Origin: an uncultured bacterium
Lineage (GTDB): Bacteria > Krumholzibacteriota > Krumholzibacteriia > LZORAL124-64-63
Reading direction: 5' to 3'
Assembly: GCA_965365795.1 (NCBI GenBank)
Contig: CBDUDB010000001.1
Location: forward strand, 1-53,958
DNA length: 53,958 nucleotides
In this document: positions 8,892 to 18,592 of the stretch, piece by piece
Layout: the number at the start of each line of letters is the position of its first letter
Position numbering within the stretch: position 1 is the first letter of the stretch
Translations under genes and position numbers: made by a program
Notes under the pieces: model-generated
The model's input: only the letters and a program-made list of their open reading frames with translations
Databases searched by the model: none
Told to the model about the DNA's origin: nothing

Positions 8892-8957
8892 GGCCGATAA
8901 GGATTTATCGGCCAAAAAACGGCGATAAGGGGATGGTAGGGGCGCCCCTGGCGCCCC
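8892..8957 (-). terminator. Stem-loop cluster immediately 3' of clpC (probable terminator region)
   Basis: A GC hairpin GGGGCGCC-N3-GGCGCCCC (8939..8957) abuts the clpC stop codon. On the transcribed strand it is followed by T6 (8919..8914) and a perfect 9-bp hairpin GGCCGATAA-N4-TTATCGGCC (8892..8913). A third CCTTATCGCC copy (8921..8930) allows alternative pairing. Confidence 0.45.
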
Positions 8958-11417
8958 TCAGGTCTTGATCTCCTCCGCGGGCTCGGTCTTGAAGGACAGT
9001 TTGCCGCCCTTCACGCCGATAACCAGCCTGCTTTTGCTGGTCACCTCGCCGCGCAGAAGCTTTTCGCTCAGAGGGTCTTCCACATGCCTCTGGATGGCCC
9101 GACGAAGGGGCCGAGCCCCCAGTTGCGGGTCATAACCCACATCGCACAGGAAACTCTTGCAGGCGGTGGTGAAATCGAAGGTGATTTCCAGGTTGTGCAA
9201 ACGTTGGCTGACATCCGCCAGAAGGATCTCCACGATCTGGGTCATGTCATCCCGGTCCAGGTTGTTGAAGGTGATGATCTCGTCGATGCGGTTCAGGAAC
9301 TCCGGACTGAAGGTTTTTCGCAGATCGATATCGATGTTCGACTGCACCCGCTGCTGGGTGTTGTCTTCCTCATCGGACCCGAAACCAACGCCCCTGCCTC
9401 CGTGAGTTTGACGGCTGCCGACGTTGCTGGTCATGATCAGGACCGCGTTGCGGAAGTCGACCGTGCGGCCGAAGCTGTCGGTCAGTTGCCCGTCGTCCAG
9501 AACCTGGAGCAGGATGTTGTAGACATCGGGATGGGCTTTCTCGATTTCATCCAGTAAAATTACTGAATAGGGATGCCGCCTCACCTTTTCGGTGAGCATG
9601 CCGCCCTCGTCGTAACCCACGTAACCCGGAGGGGCGCCCACCAAGCGACTCACCGAATGTTTTTCCATGTATTCGGACATGTCCACGCGGATCAGTGAAG
9701 TCTGGTCGCCGAACAGGAACTCGGTCAGGCGCCGGGCCACTTCGGTCTTGCCGACGCCGCTGGGCCCCATGAAGATGAACGAACCGATGGGACGGCGGGG
9801 ATCCCGCAGGCCGGCCCGGTTTCTGCGAATGGATTTGGAGACCGCGGAAAGCGCCTCGTCCTGGCCGATGATCCACTTCCCCATTTCCTCCTCCATGCGC
9901 AGCAGCTTGTCGGTCTCCTCCTCCTCCACCTCGGATACGGGAATGCCGGTGATGGAAGCGATCACGCTGCACACGAGTTTGGTGTCGACTTTGGTCTGGG
10001 GCTCCGAGTTGTCGGAATTCCAGTTCTGCTTGAGGGCCTGGAGTTCCTTTTTGAGAGCCTTTTCCTCGTCACGGAAAGCCGCGGCCTTTTCGAATTCCTG
10101 GGCGGCGATGGACGATTCCTTTTCCGTGATGACATCCTCGATCTTCTTTTCCAGATCCCGCAGATCCGGCGGCACGACCGTCATGCTCAGGCGGGCGCGA
10201 CTGCCGGCCTCGTCAATGACGTCGATGGCCTTGTCGGGCAAAGCCCGGCCTGAGATGTAGCGGTTGGAAAGCCAGACGGTGGAACGGATGGCGTCATCGT
10301 CGTATTTGACCCGGTGGTGGGATTCGTACTTGTCCCTCAGACCGAACAGGATCTCGATGGTCTCATCCTCGGAGGGAGGATTGACAGTGATGGGCTGGAA
10401 ACGCCTTTCCAGGGCCCCGTCCTTTTCGATGAACTTCCGGTACTCGTCCATGGTCGTGGCGCCGACACACTGGATCTCGCCCCGGCTCAGGGCGGGCTTG
10501 AGCATGTTCGAGGCGTCGATGGCGCCCTCGGCCCCGCCGGCGCCCACAATGGTGTGCAGCTCGTCGATAAAGAGGATCACATGGGGATTTTCACGGATCT
10601 CCGCCATGATCTGCTTGAGGCGTTCCTCGAACTGACCCCGGTACTTGGTCCCGGCCACGACACTGGCCAGATCGAGCGTGACGATTTCCTTGTCGCGAAG
10701 CAGGGACGGCACGTCGCCTTCAACGATCTTGGTGGCGAAGCCCTCCACGATGGCGGTCTTGCCCACGCCGGGCTCCCCGATCAGAACGGGGTTGTTTTTC
10801 TTGCGCCGGCTGAGGATCTGGATGCAGCGATCGATTTCTGCGCTACGCCCGATGGTGGGGTCGAGTTTACCCTCGCGCGCCATGTCGGTCATGTTGCGGC
10901 CGAACTGCTCGAGAACCGAATTTTCCTTTTTCTTGGCCTGCTTGCGCTTCCGGGTGGTCGCGGCCCGGCCGAAAGGTTCACTTCCGCCCAGGGATTTCAT
11001 CACCTCGCGCTTGACCACCTCGTGATCGGCCCCCAGATCGCTCAGCACACGGGCGGCCACACCCTCGCCCTCGCGGATCAAAGCCAAGAGCAGATGTTCC
11101 GTGCCCACGTAGTTGTGGTTGTGAAGCCTGGCCTCGTCGATGCTCAATTCGAGCACCTTCTTGGCCCGGGGCGTGAAGGGAATTTCCCCGATGCTCACCG
11201 GACCCATGGGCGCATTGACCGAATCCTCGACGGCCTTCTGGATACGTTCAAAGTCGATATTCATGCGCCGCAATACATTGGCGGCCACACCCTCGCCTTC
11301 GCGAATGACGCCGAGAAGAAGATGTTCCGTGCCGATGTAGTCGTGTTGCAGGCGTCCGGCTTCGTCGCGGGCGAGAAACAGAACTTTGCGGACTCTCTGG
11401 GTGAAACGGTCGTTCAT
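8958..11417 (-). CDS. clpC: ATP-dependent Clp protease ATP-binding subunit ClpC (class III AAA+ with N-domain repeats and UVR middle domain)
   Basis: The start is placed at [20 protein letters not shown]. There are two Clp_N repeats with [16 protein letters not shown], two Walker A motifs ([16 protein letters not shown]) and a UVR-like segment [11 protein letters not shown]. The ORF-track N-terminal extension of 54 codons is rejected. Confidence 0.93.
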   Translation of the reverse strand: MNDRFTQRVRKVLFLARDEAGRLQHDYIGTEHLLLGVIREGEGVAANVLRRMNIDFERIQKAVEDSVNAPMGPVSIGEIPFTPRAKKVLELSIDEARLHNHNYVGTEHLLLALIREGEGVAARVLSDLGADHEVVKREVMKSLGGSEPFGRAATTRKRKQAKKKENSVLEQFGRNMTDMAREGKLDPTIGRSAEIDRCIQILSRRKKNNPVLIGEPGVGKTAIVEGFATKIVEGDVPSLLRDKEIVTLDLASVVAGTKYRGQFEERLKQIMAEIRENPHVILFIDELHTIVGAGGAEGAIDASNMLKPALSRGEIQCVGATTMDEYRKFIEKDGALERRFQPITVNPPSEDETIEILFGLRDKYESHHRVKYDDDAIRSTVWLSNRYISGRALPDKAIDVIDEAGSRARLSMTVVPPDLRDLEKKIEDVITEKESSIAAQEFEKAAAFRDEEKALKKELQALKQNWNSDNSEPQTKVDTKLVCSVIASITGIPVSEVEEEETDKLLRMEEEMGKWIIGQDEALSAVSKSIRRNRAGLRDPRRPIGSFIFMGPSGVGKTEVARRLTEFLFGDQTSLIRVDMSEYMEKHSVSRLVGAPPGYVGYDEGGMLTEKVRRHPYSVILLDEIEKAHPDVYNILLQVLDDGQLTDSFGRTVDFRNAVLIMTSNVGSRQTHGGRGVGFGSDEEDNTQQRVQSNIDIDLRKTFSPEFLNRIDEIITFNNLDRDDMTQIVEILLADVSQRLHNLEITFDFTTACKSFLCDVGYDPQLGARPLRRAIQRHVEDPLSEKLLRGEVTSKSRLVIGVKGGKLSFKTEPAEEIKT

Positions 11418-11666
11418 GCGGAAGCGCCTCCGTTCGCGTGACCTAGGTTCCTGTTCCTGACTTGCGGTTCCGTGCAGCCGGGCGATGGCCAGGCACGGAC
11501 AGAAACCCTTTGGCAAAATATACTGGAGCGGGGAATCCAACGCTACCATAGCCTCGGAAACCCGCCTGAAAGCCCTCAAGAAACCAGGAGCGCCCTCTGT
11601 CCTGTTTTCGCCATTTAAACGGGAAACTTAACTCTTGATTGACCTGGCAGCCGCACCTGCATGTCC

Positions 11667-12722
11667 TTATGCGCCAAAAAGTTCCCTTAACAGCGCCGCC
11701 CGGGCGGCGGATTTCTCCGGGTGGGTCAGGGGGCGCCCGGCGGCCACCTCCAGATGGCCGGGTTGCTGTTGGACCAGGATCCGGTTCAAAAGGCCCGGAT
11801 GCACCGGTTCCAGGACACCCAGCCCCACACCCAGCCTGATATTGGACAAGTGGTCGAAGGTTTCCTGGGCGCTCATCAGACGGGCTCTGCCGACGGTGGC
11901 CAGGCTCCGGTGGGCCAGATCCTCGAAGGCCAGATGATCCCGGGCATACAGCTGCTCCCGGGCCGACCGTTCGTAGATGATTATCTTGCCAACGTGGGTC
12001 AGAAAATCCTCGGTGATTTCCTGTTCGTCCCGACCCAGGGTGACCAGGTTGGCGATCCGGAAAAGGGCTCCCCGCACCATGGTCCCCTGCCCCAGCATGC
12101 CCCGGACGGAAAACTGGAGCTGGCGCAGGGCGTTCAGGACCTTGTCGATTTCCCCGGCCAGGACCAGGCCCGGCAAGTGAAGGAGCGCTGAAACGTGGAG
12201 TCCCGTGCCCACATCACCCGGGCTGGCGGTCAGGTATCCCAGATCCTCGGCGAAAGCTGGTGGAACTTCTTTTTCCAGATGATCGTCAATCCGCAAGGCA
12301 TCGGCCAGGGTGCCGGTCGGGTCCAATCCGGGGCGAAAGGCCACCAGACGGAGGTGGTCCTTTTCGTTGATCATCGCCAACCGGTTCAACCTCTGGGACA
12401 GAACCAGGTGCCGGTGCTTGGTATTCTTGACCAGGACCCGGCTGGCCAGGCCCATTTCCACCAGGACCTTTCGCTGGACGGGTTCAAGCTGGTCCATATC
12501 AAAAAGCCACCCGTCGGAAAAATCGGGAAATCGGGGCAGCCGACGCGTCAGATCACCTGATATGGTGCTCAATTCCACCTGAGAAGCATGGTGGGGAAAA
12601 GGAAAGGTCATCAGGTTCCGGGCCAGCCGGACCCGTGTGGAAATCACGATATCGGAGGCGGGCCCGAGGGCATTCAGCCACTCCGGAACGCGGCGACCGA
12701 AATCCTGGAAAAACGGGTTCAT
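11667..12722 (-). CDS. mcsB: Protein arginine kinase McsB (ATP:guanido phosphotransferase family)
   Basis: 351 aa. It shows the McsB-like N-terminus ...DIVISTRVRLARNL..FPFP and a phosphagen-kinase-like catalytic domain. Its start overlaps the mcsA stop (ATGA). Confidence 0.88.
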   Translation of the reverse strand: MNPFFQDFGRRVPEWLNALGPASDIVISTRVRLARNLMTFPFPHHASQVELSTISGDLTRRLPRFPDFSDGWLFDMDQLEPVQRKVLVEMGLASRVLVKNTKHRHLVLSQRLNRLAMINEKDHLRLVAFRPGLDPTGTLADALRIDDHLEKEVPPAFAEDLGYLTASPGDVGTGLHVSALLHLPGLVLAGEIDKVLNALRQLQFSVRGMLGQGTMVRGALFRIANLVTLGRDEQEITEDFLTHVGKIIIYERSAREQLYARDHLAFEDLAHRSLATVGRARLMSAQETFDHLSNIRLGVGLGVLEPVHPGLLNRILVQQQPGHLEVAAGRPLTHPEKSAARAALLRELFGA

Positions 12723-13282
12723 GGATCCGAATCCTCCGGCGGCCGCGAAGAAGATTCCAGACGGTGGATTTCATCCCGAAGTCTGGCCGCAGTTTCGAAA
12801 TCCTCGGCCGCAATGGCTTTTTCCAGGGCCACCCTGCTGCGGCTGAGAACACCAGGCAGATCCGTGCGACCGTCCCGGTGGGCGGGCGACTTGCCCAGAT
12901 GCGTGACGTGACGGTGCATGTGTCCCAGAATGCCCAGCAGTGGCCGGCGAAAGGCCTCATAACAATGTGGGCAGCCCAGGCGGTTATTCTCGCGGAATTG
13001 TCCGAAGGTGTACCCGCAAGTGGGACAGGCTGGCGGTTCAACCTGCCCGGCGCTTTTGCCGCGCTCGAATACCTGGCCCAGGAAGGCCGCCAGGGTTTCG
13101 TCCTCATCCTCGGGATTGTTTTCACCCTTACGGCCACCGAAGGGAAATCCGGGGGGATCGTCCCCATCTCCGGGTCGGTCCCCGGCACAGACGGCACACA
13201 GCCACTGGCTTTGCCGTTGGTCGTCGATCAGTTCGACCAGATGAACGGTCGCGTCTCTTTGCCCACATCGTTGGCAGATCAT
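12719..13282 (-). CDS. mcsA: McsA-like activator of protein arginine kinase (zinc-finger plus UVR motif protein)
   Basis: 187 aa with CxxC pairs (MICQRCGQ...LCAVCA; CPTCGYTF...GCPHCYEAF) and a C-terminal UVR motif (LEKAIAAEDFETAARLRDEI). Its start overlaps the lolD stop (ATGA). Confidence 0.85.
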   Translation of the reverse strand: MICQRCGQRDATVHLVELIDDQRQSQWLCAVCAGDRPGDGDDPPGFPFGGRKGENNPEDEDETLAAFLGQVFERGKSAGQVEPPACPTCGYTFGQFRENNRLGCPHCYEAFRRPLLGILGHMHRHVTHLGKSPAHRDGRTDLPGVLSRSRVALEKAIAAEDFETAARLRDEIHRLESSSRPPEDSDP

Positions 13283-13971
13283 GGCGCCATCTCTTGGCGA
13301 GGAACCAATAGGCCGTCCTGCAACTCGAGAATTCGATCCGCCCGGGCGGCCAGGCGCGGGTCATGGGTCACGATGACCAGGGCGGTTCCTTCCTGTTCCC
13401 GCAGGGCGAATAACATGTCGCTGAGCCGCGAACCGATTTCCCTGTCCAGGTTGCCGAAGGGTTCATCGGCCAGAACAATTCCCGGGCGGTTCATGAAGGC
13501 GCGGGCCACGGCCACCCGTTGCTGTTCCCCGCCCGAAAGTTCGCCCGGCAGGTGATGAGCCCGGTCGGCCAGACCGGTGATTTTCAGGAATTCCTGAGCC
13601 CGGTCCCGGTCCTGGTCCCGGACCTCGCCCCGGCTGCGGACCGGGATGAGGAGATTTTCAAGGGCGGTGAAATCGGGCAAAAGGAAGTGGAACTGGAAAA
13701 CGAACCCCACGCCGGTCGACCGCCACCGCGCCATGCAGCCGTGGTCGTTCAGGTCCAGGGTCTCGCCGCGCAGCAGGACTTCCCCGTGGGTTGGCCCGTC
13801 CAGACCGCCCAGGATGTTGAGCAAGGTGCTCTTGCCCGAGCCGCTGGGCCCGGTCACGGCCACGGCTTCGCCCTCCGACAAACCGAATTGACACTGCCGA
13901 AGCACTTCCACGGTACCGGCGGCGCGCGGAAAAAACTTATCCAGGTTTCGGGCTTCCAGGAGCAGCGACAT
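13279..13971 (-). CDS. lolD: Lipoprotein-releasing ABC transporter ATP-binding protein LolD-like
   Basis: 230 aa with Walker A GPSGSGKST, the signature LSGGEQQRVAVARA and Walker B IVLADEP. It is adjacent to a LolC/E-type permease. Confidence 0.88.
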   Translation of the reverse strand: MSLLLEARNLDKFFPRAAGTVEVLRQCQFGLSEGEAVAVTGPSGSGKSTLLNILGGLDGPTHGEVLLRGETLDLNDHGCMARWRSTGVGFVFQFHFLLPDFTALENLLIPVRSRGEVRDQDRDRAQEFLKITGLADRAHHLPGELSGGEQQRVAVARAFMNRPGIVLADEPFGNLDREIGSRLSDMLFALREQEGTALVIVTHDPRLAARADRILELQDGLLVPRQEMAP

Positions 13972-14008
13972 GGGCTTCGGGGCCTTCCTTGATAAATCAG
14001 GTCGACGA

Positions 14009-15253
14009 TCAGGTGTAACGGATAATTTCCATGGGCTTCAGGTTGGACGCTTCCCAGCTCGGCCACCATCCGGCCAGCAGGGCCATCACCAGGCTGATGC
14101 CGGCCACCAGGAAAAAGTCGCCCCACTGCAATAGCACCGGGACAGTCTCCACGAAATAAACGTCCCCGGGCAAAGTGATGCCGAAGCTGTGGAGCGCCCA
14201 GATCCCCAGCAGACCCACCGCGCTGCCGCATAGCACACCGACGGCTCCCAACCAGACGCCGTTGATCAGGAAAATCCCCATGATCTGTCGGCGCTTGGCG
14301 CCCATGGCCAGCAGGATCCCGATTTCGCGGCGGCGTTCGCCCACCATCATGGTCAAGATACCGATGATGTTGAAGCCGGCAATGAGGATGATCATGCCCA
14401 GCAGAAGGATCATGATGATCTTTTCCAGTTTGATCCACTGGAACAGGTTGGCGTTGAGGGCCATCCAGTCGGTGGCGTAGTACTGGAAACCCAGTTCGTC
14501 CTCCAGCCGGTCGGCCACGCGGTCGGCCCGCATCAGGTCGGTGACTTTGACCCCGATCAGGGAAGCCCCGCCCGGACCATAACCGAAAAAGTCGCGGGCG
14601 GCGGACAGGTCGGTGTAGACGAATCGGCTGTCGAATTCGAACATGCCCGTTTCAAAAAAGCCAACCACCACAAATTTTCGGCTTTCGGCTTCGATCATGT
14701 CCAGATCGAGTTCCCCATTGACAGTGGTCAGAACGACGGTATCCCCCATGGCCGCGTAGAGGCTGTTGGCCAGATCGGCGCCCAGAATGACATGGGGTAC
14801 TTCGCCGCCGGCAAGGTCACCGAGCACCGACGGGTCGGGCAAAAGATATTGGCTCGTCGGCTGCACCGTATCCACCAGGTCGGGGTCGATACCCCAGGCC
14901 ACGATCTCCTTCACCCGGGGCGGCCCGTACTTGCGGGAGGCGGTGGCCAGGCCGACCTGCCTGATAAAGGGCGCCACGCCGACCACCTCGGGATCGGCGC
15001 CAATGGCGTCCATGATCTTGCCCAGGTCGGTGAACCCTTCCGGAACCGAAGTGATGATGGTGACCATGGGCATGTTCTCGACGAAGGTCCGCCGCATTTC
15101 ATCGTGGAAACCGTTCATTACCGCCAGGGTGATGTTCAGCACGGCCACCCCGATGGCAATGCCCACGATGGCCGTCACGCTCCCCCGGCTAAGAAAACGG
15201 CTGTGCCGCCGGCTGCGCAGATATCTTCTGGCGATGTAGCCCGCGAATTCCAC
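14009..15253 (-). CDS. lolE: Lipoprotein-releasing ABC transporter permease LolC/LolE family (FtsX-like)
   Basis: 414 aa with the MacB/FtsX architecture: one TM helix, a periplasmic domain, then three TM helices. The N-terminus is the typical YIARRYLRSRR. The GTG start overlaps the lysS TAG stop by 1 nt. Confidence 0.85.
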   Translation of the reverse strand: MEFAGYIARRYLRSRRHSRFLSRGSVTAIVGIAIGVAVLNITLAVMNGFHDEMRRTFVENMPMVTIITSVPEGFTDLGKIMDAIGADPEVVGVAPFIRQVGLATASRKYGPPRVKEIVAWGIDPDLVDTVQPTSQYLLPDPSVLGDLAGGEVPHVILGADLANSLYAAMGDTVVLTTVNGELDLDMIEAESRKFVVVGFFETGMFEFDSRFVYTDLSAARDFFGYGPGGASLIGVKVTDLMRADRVADRLEDELGFQYYATDWMALNANLFQWIKLEKIIMILLLGMIILIAGFNIIGILTMMVGERRREIGILLAMGAKRRQIMGIFLINGVWLGAVGVLCGSAVGLLGIWALHSFGITLPGDVYFVETVPVLLQWGDFFLVAGISLVMALLAGWWPSWEASNLKPMEIIRYT

Positions 15254-16788
15254 TACGCACCCTCACCTTCAGGCTGATCATTGCGCGCCGTCTGCTCCGG
15301 CCGCATGTGAGGAAACAAGAGGACGTCACGAATGTTGTTCGTATCCACCAGAAGCATGATCAGGCGGTCGATGCCCATGCCCATGCCCCCGGTGGGCGGC
15401 ATGCCCTGTTCCATGGCCTCCAGGAAACCCTCGTCGATGGGCTGCGCTTCATCGTCTCCGGCATCCATCAAAGCCTTCTGGTCCTCGAACCGACAGCGCT
15501 GTTCCCGTGGATCGTTCAACTCGCTGAAACTGTTGGCCACTTCGAATCCCGCGATGAAAAGCTCGAAACGTTCAACCAATCCCTTGATCTCCCGGTGGCC
15601 CTTGGCCAGGGGGGAAAGTTCCTTGGGATGATCCATGACGAAGGTCGGCTGGACGAGCTCCGGTTCCACCAGTTCACTGAAGAGTTCGTCCAGAATCTTG
15701 TCCCGGCCCATCCCCTTCTTGACCTCGACCCCATGACTCTTGGCCAGGGCGGTCAATTCAGCGGTATCCAGGGTCATCAGATCTTGCCCGGTCTTTTCGG
15801 TCAGGGCGTCCATGAAACGCACACGGGCAAAGGGCTCGTTGAAATCCATATCCTGCTCGCCGAAGGTCAGTTTTCCCTCTTCGCCGAAACGCCGAGCCAA
15901 GGTCCGGAGCAGCCTTTCGGTCAAATCCATCATGCCGTGGTAATCCCAGTAGGCCGCGTAACATTCGAGCATGGTGAATTCGGGGTTATGGGTGCGGTCC
16001 ATCCCCTCGTTGCGGAAATCCTTGGCGATCTCGTAGACCTTCTCCAGGCCGCCGATGATCAGCCGCTTGAGATAGAGTTCATCGGCGATGCGCATGTACA
16101 GGGTCATGTCCAGCGCGTTGTGATGGGTGGTGAAAGGCCGTGCCGTGGCCCCGCCGTACAGGGGCTGCAGCACCGGAGTCTCCACTTCAAGGAACTTTTC
16201 CTCTGCGAAAAAAGCCCGGATGGCCGCGATGATCTCGCTGCGCCGCTTGAATCTTTCCCGGCTTTCCAGATTCATGGCCAGGTCCAGATGCCGCCTCCGG
16301 CTCCGGTTTTCCAGACTCATGTCGTGAAATTTTTCCGGAAGGGCGCGGATGGCCTTGGCCAGGAAGGTAAAGTCGGTGACCTTGATGCTGAGCTCGGCGG
16401 TACGCGTCCTGAAAAGAGTGCCCTGAACTCCAACCCAGTCGCCGATGTCGATCAGCTTCTGGATTTGGTGGAACTTATCCTCCCCCAGGTCATCTTTGCG
16501 GAAATAGGCCTGGATGCTGCCCAACTCGTCCTGGATGGGCACAAAAAGGGTTTTGCCTGTGCCGCGTTTGGCCATGATCCGGCCGGGGAATCGAACGACA
16601 GCCTCGGCCGCTGTCAGATCCGCTTCCAGGTCCCGCAACTGGCCGCTGGTGTGAGTCCGGTCATAGGCGTAGGGATAGAGTTCTACCTGCTCCCCCAGTT
16701 CGGCCATCTTGGCCAGGCGGGTCTCGATCAGGTGGTGAATACTTTCCTGTTCGGAACCTTCCGTGGGCTTCTGTTCCTGGTCTGCCAA
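15253..16788 (-). CDS. lysS: Lysine--tRNA ligase (class II)
   Basis: Class II LysRS motifs are present (anticodon-binding OB domain, FRNEG, GGMGMGIDRL). I favour the TTG start at 16788, which is preceded by GGAGAG and does not overlap prfB. The longest ORF begins at 16893, 62 nt inside prfB. Confidence 0.9.
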   Translation of the reverse strand: MADQEQKPTEGSEQESIHHLIETRLAKMAELGEQVELYPYAYDRTHTSGQLRDLEADLTAAEAVVRFPGRIMAKRGTGKTLFVPIQDELGSIQAYFRKDDLGEDKFHQIQKLIDIGDWVGVQGTLFRTRTAELSIKVTDFTFLAKAIRALPEKFHDMSLENRSRRRHLDLAMNLESRERFKRRSEIIAAIRAFFAEEKFLEVETPVLQPLYGGATARPFTTHHNALDMTLYMRIADELYLKRLIIGGLEKVYEIAKDFRNEGMDRTHNPEFTMLECYAAYWDYHGMMDLTERLLRTLARRFGEEGKLTFGEQDMDFNEPFARVRFMDALTEKTGQDLMTLDTAELTALAKSHGVEVKKGMGRDKILDELFSELVEPELVQPTFVMDHPKELSPLAKGHREIKGLVERFELFIAGFEVANSFSELNDPREQRCRFEDQKALMDAGDDEAQPIDEGFLEAMEQGMPPTGGMGMGIDRLIMLLVDTNNIRDVLLFPHMRPEQTARNDQPEGEGA

Positions 16789-16831
16789 GGTTCTCTCCTT
16801 GCCGCCGGGGGCGGATTCATGGGGTTCGGCG

Positions 16832-17945
16832 TTACCGGGACTGGGCACCCAGCCAACGTAGGAAAGCGTCGATGAAGTCGTCCAGATCGCCATCCAGAAC
16901 AGCGATTGAGTTGCCGGTTTCGTGTTCGGTCCGGTGATCCTTGACCTTGGTGTAAGGCTGCAGGACGTAGGACCTTATCTGACTGCCCCAGGCAATCTCC
17001 ATCTTCTCGGCTTCGATGGCGTCCCGCTCCTTTTTCCTCTCTTCCATGATCTTCAGGTAGAGCTTGGCCCGCAACATCGTCATGGCGCTTTCCCGGTTGC
17101 GGTGCTGGCTGCGCTCGCTCTGACACTGCACCACGATGCCGCTGGGTTCATGGGTGATCCGGATGGCGCTGTCGGTCTTGTTGACGTGCTGGCCGCCGGC
17201 CCCCTGGGCGCGATAAGTGTCGATGCGCAGGTCGGCCGTATCGATCTCCACCTCGACATCGTTGTTGACCAGAGGGTAGACAAAAACCGAGGCGAAGGAG
17301 GTGTGGCGTCGATTCTGGGAATCGAAGGGCGATATGCGAACCAGGCGGTGTACCCCGGATTCGCTTTTCAGGTAACCGTAGGCGAAGGGATGATCGATCT
17401 CCAGGACCGCGCTCTTGATACCCGCCTCCTCGCCCGCCTGCAGGTCCAGGGACTTGGTCTTCATACCATGCCGTTCGAAGTAGCGGGTGTACATCCGCAA
17501 CAGCATCTGGGCCCAGTCCTGGCTTTCTGTGCCACCGGCCCCGGGATGGATCTCGAGAACGGCGCCCCGCTCATCTTCTTCACCGCTGAGCAGAAACTGG
17601 AAATCGAGTTTTTCGACGGCGGCTTCGAGTATGTCCAGACCCTCGGCGACCTCGACTCGGGAATCCTCGTCTTCTTCTTCCTGAACCATTTCGGCCAGGA
17701 GCTTGATTTCCGCTCCCTGCGCGACGGCCTGTTCCAGGGGAACCACCCACTGCTTCAAGGATCGCACCTTGCGCAGGGTCCGGTTGGCTTTCTCCTGATC
17801 GTTCCAGAAATCCGGGGCGGCTTGAAGGGCTTCCAGCTTCTCCAGTTCCGTTTTCAGGCCTGGGAAGTCAAAGACCCTCCTTCAGGGTTTCCAGCCGCTG
17901 CAATGACGTGTCGATACGATCCAGAAATTCCTTCACCGATTCCAA
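16832..17945 (-). CDS. prfB: Peptide chain release factor 2, expressed via programmed +1 ribosomal frameshift
   Basis: The main frame (16832..17767 in the track) carries SPF and GGQ motifs. A 25-codon leader from the TTG at 17945 (or a GTG at 17936) ends at CTT TGA C (17873..17867). Reading +1 from there continues DFPGLKTELEKLEALQAAPDFWNDQEKANRTLRKVRSLKQW into the main ORF. Confidence 0.93.
17867..17881 (-). other. RF2 autoregulatory +1 frameshift site (AGGAGGG-TCTTTGAC)
   Basis: The minus strand reads GAAGGAGGGTCTTTGAC. There is an SD-like AGGAGGG three nt upstream of the slippery CTT, followed by an in-frame TGA and a C. This arrangement matches the classic E. coli prfB site. Confidence 0.9.
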
Positions 17946-18001
17946 CTCCTCTATGTTCTTTCAGCAATTTCAGTATTGAAGAGCTCAAACCATAGTTTGA
18001 G

Positions 18002-18592
18002 TCAATCATCGAGGCCAGACCAAAGGATTTCCGCGGCGGATTCCAGATCGGCCAGGGTGCCTCCATTATCCAGGACGACATCCGCGCTGTTCCAGCCTTC
18101 GGCCATGAAACCCTGCGCTTCGATCCGGCTCCAGGCTTCGGTTTCCACCAGGCCCCCGGGTCCGGTCAACCTGGCCAAGCGAACCGTCTCGGGTGCCGTG
18201 ACGGTGATGACCTTTTCGATTCCGGGCACGGGAGGCAAAAGAAAATACACCGCCGCTTCCAGCACCGCAAGGCGATGCTGTCTTTCGTTTTCCAGTTCAG
18301 CCAACCGGCGGCCCATCAGGACCGCCAGGGGCCCATGAGTGATACGGTTCAACCGTTTCAATGCGGACGCCTCGGCAAAGACTACCGATCCGAGTGCCGA
18401 CCGGTTGATGGCTCCCTCGCAAACCACGCCGGGCCCAAATTCCGCGGCGATATTCGCAATGATTTCCTTCTGACCGAGCACTTCGTGCCCCAGGCGGTCG
18501 CCATCCAAAATGGCGGCGCCGCGTTCGGCGAAAAGCCGGCACAGAGTGGATTTCCCTCCCCCGGCCGGTCCGGTAACCACCCAACGTCTCAT
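18002..18592 (-). CDS. coaE: Dephospho-CoA kinase
   Basis: 196 aa with P-loop TGPAGGGKST and the CoaE pattern DGDRLGHEVL. Its start overlaps the polA stop (ATGA). Confidence 0.88.
   Translation of the reverse strand: MRRWVVTGPAGGGKSTLCRLFAERGAAILDGDRLGHEVLGQKEIIANIAAEFGPGVVCEGAINRSALGSVVFAEASALKRLNRITHGPLAVLMGRRLAELENERQHRLAVLEAAVYFLLPPVPGIEKVITVTAPETVRLARLTGPGGLVETEAWSRIEAQGFMAEGWNSADVVLDNGGTLADLESAAEILWSGLDD

Noticed and set aside
11637-11643. A CtsR-box-like heptad GGTCAAT followed by CAA and GAGTTAA, just after the mcsB stop and upstream of clpC.
   Set aside because: Only the first heptad matches (A/G)GTCAAA. The second repeat matches 3 of 7 positions. No ctsR gene is present in the window.
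15307-16875. Very long plus-strand ORFs antisense to real genes. Examples: 15307..16875 (522 aa, opposite lysS), 20083..21555 (opposite polA), 42943..44265 (opposite GT9 genes), 45454..46710 (opposite lon), 51414..52733 (opposite the metalloprotease) and 10314..11441 (opposite clpC).
   Set aside because: The translations are low-complexity and rich in Gly/Arg/Pro/His-Gln, with no recognisable motifs. They lie exactly opposite strongly supported genes. Such shadow ORFs are expected in high-GC DNA with GC3-biased codons.
17854-18081. A 75-aa minus-strand ORF overlapping the coaE 3' end and the prfB leader.
   Set aside because: It is out of frame with both real genes. The region is fully explained by the prfB frameshift leader and coaE.
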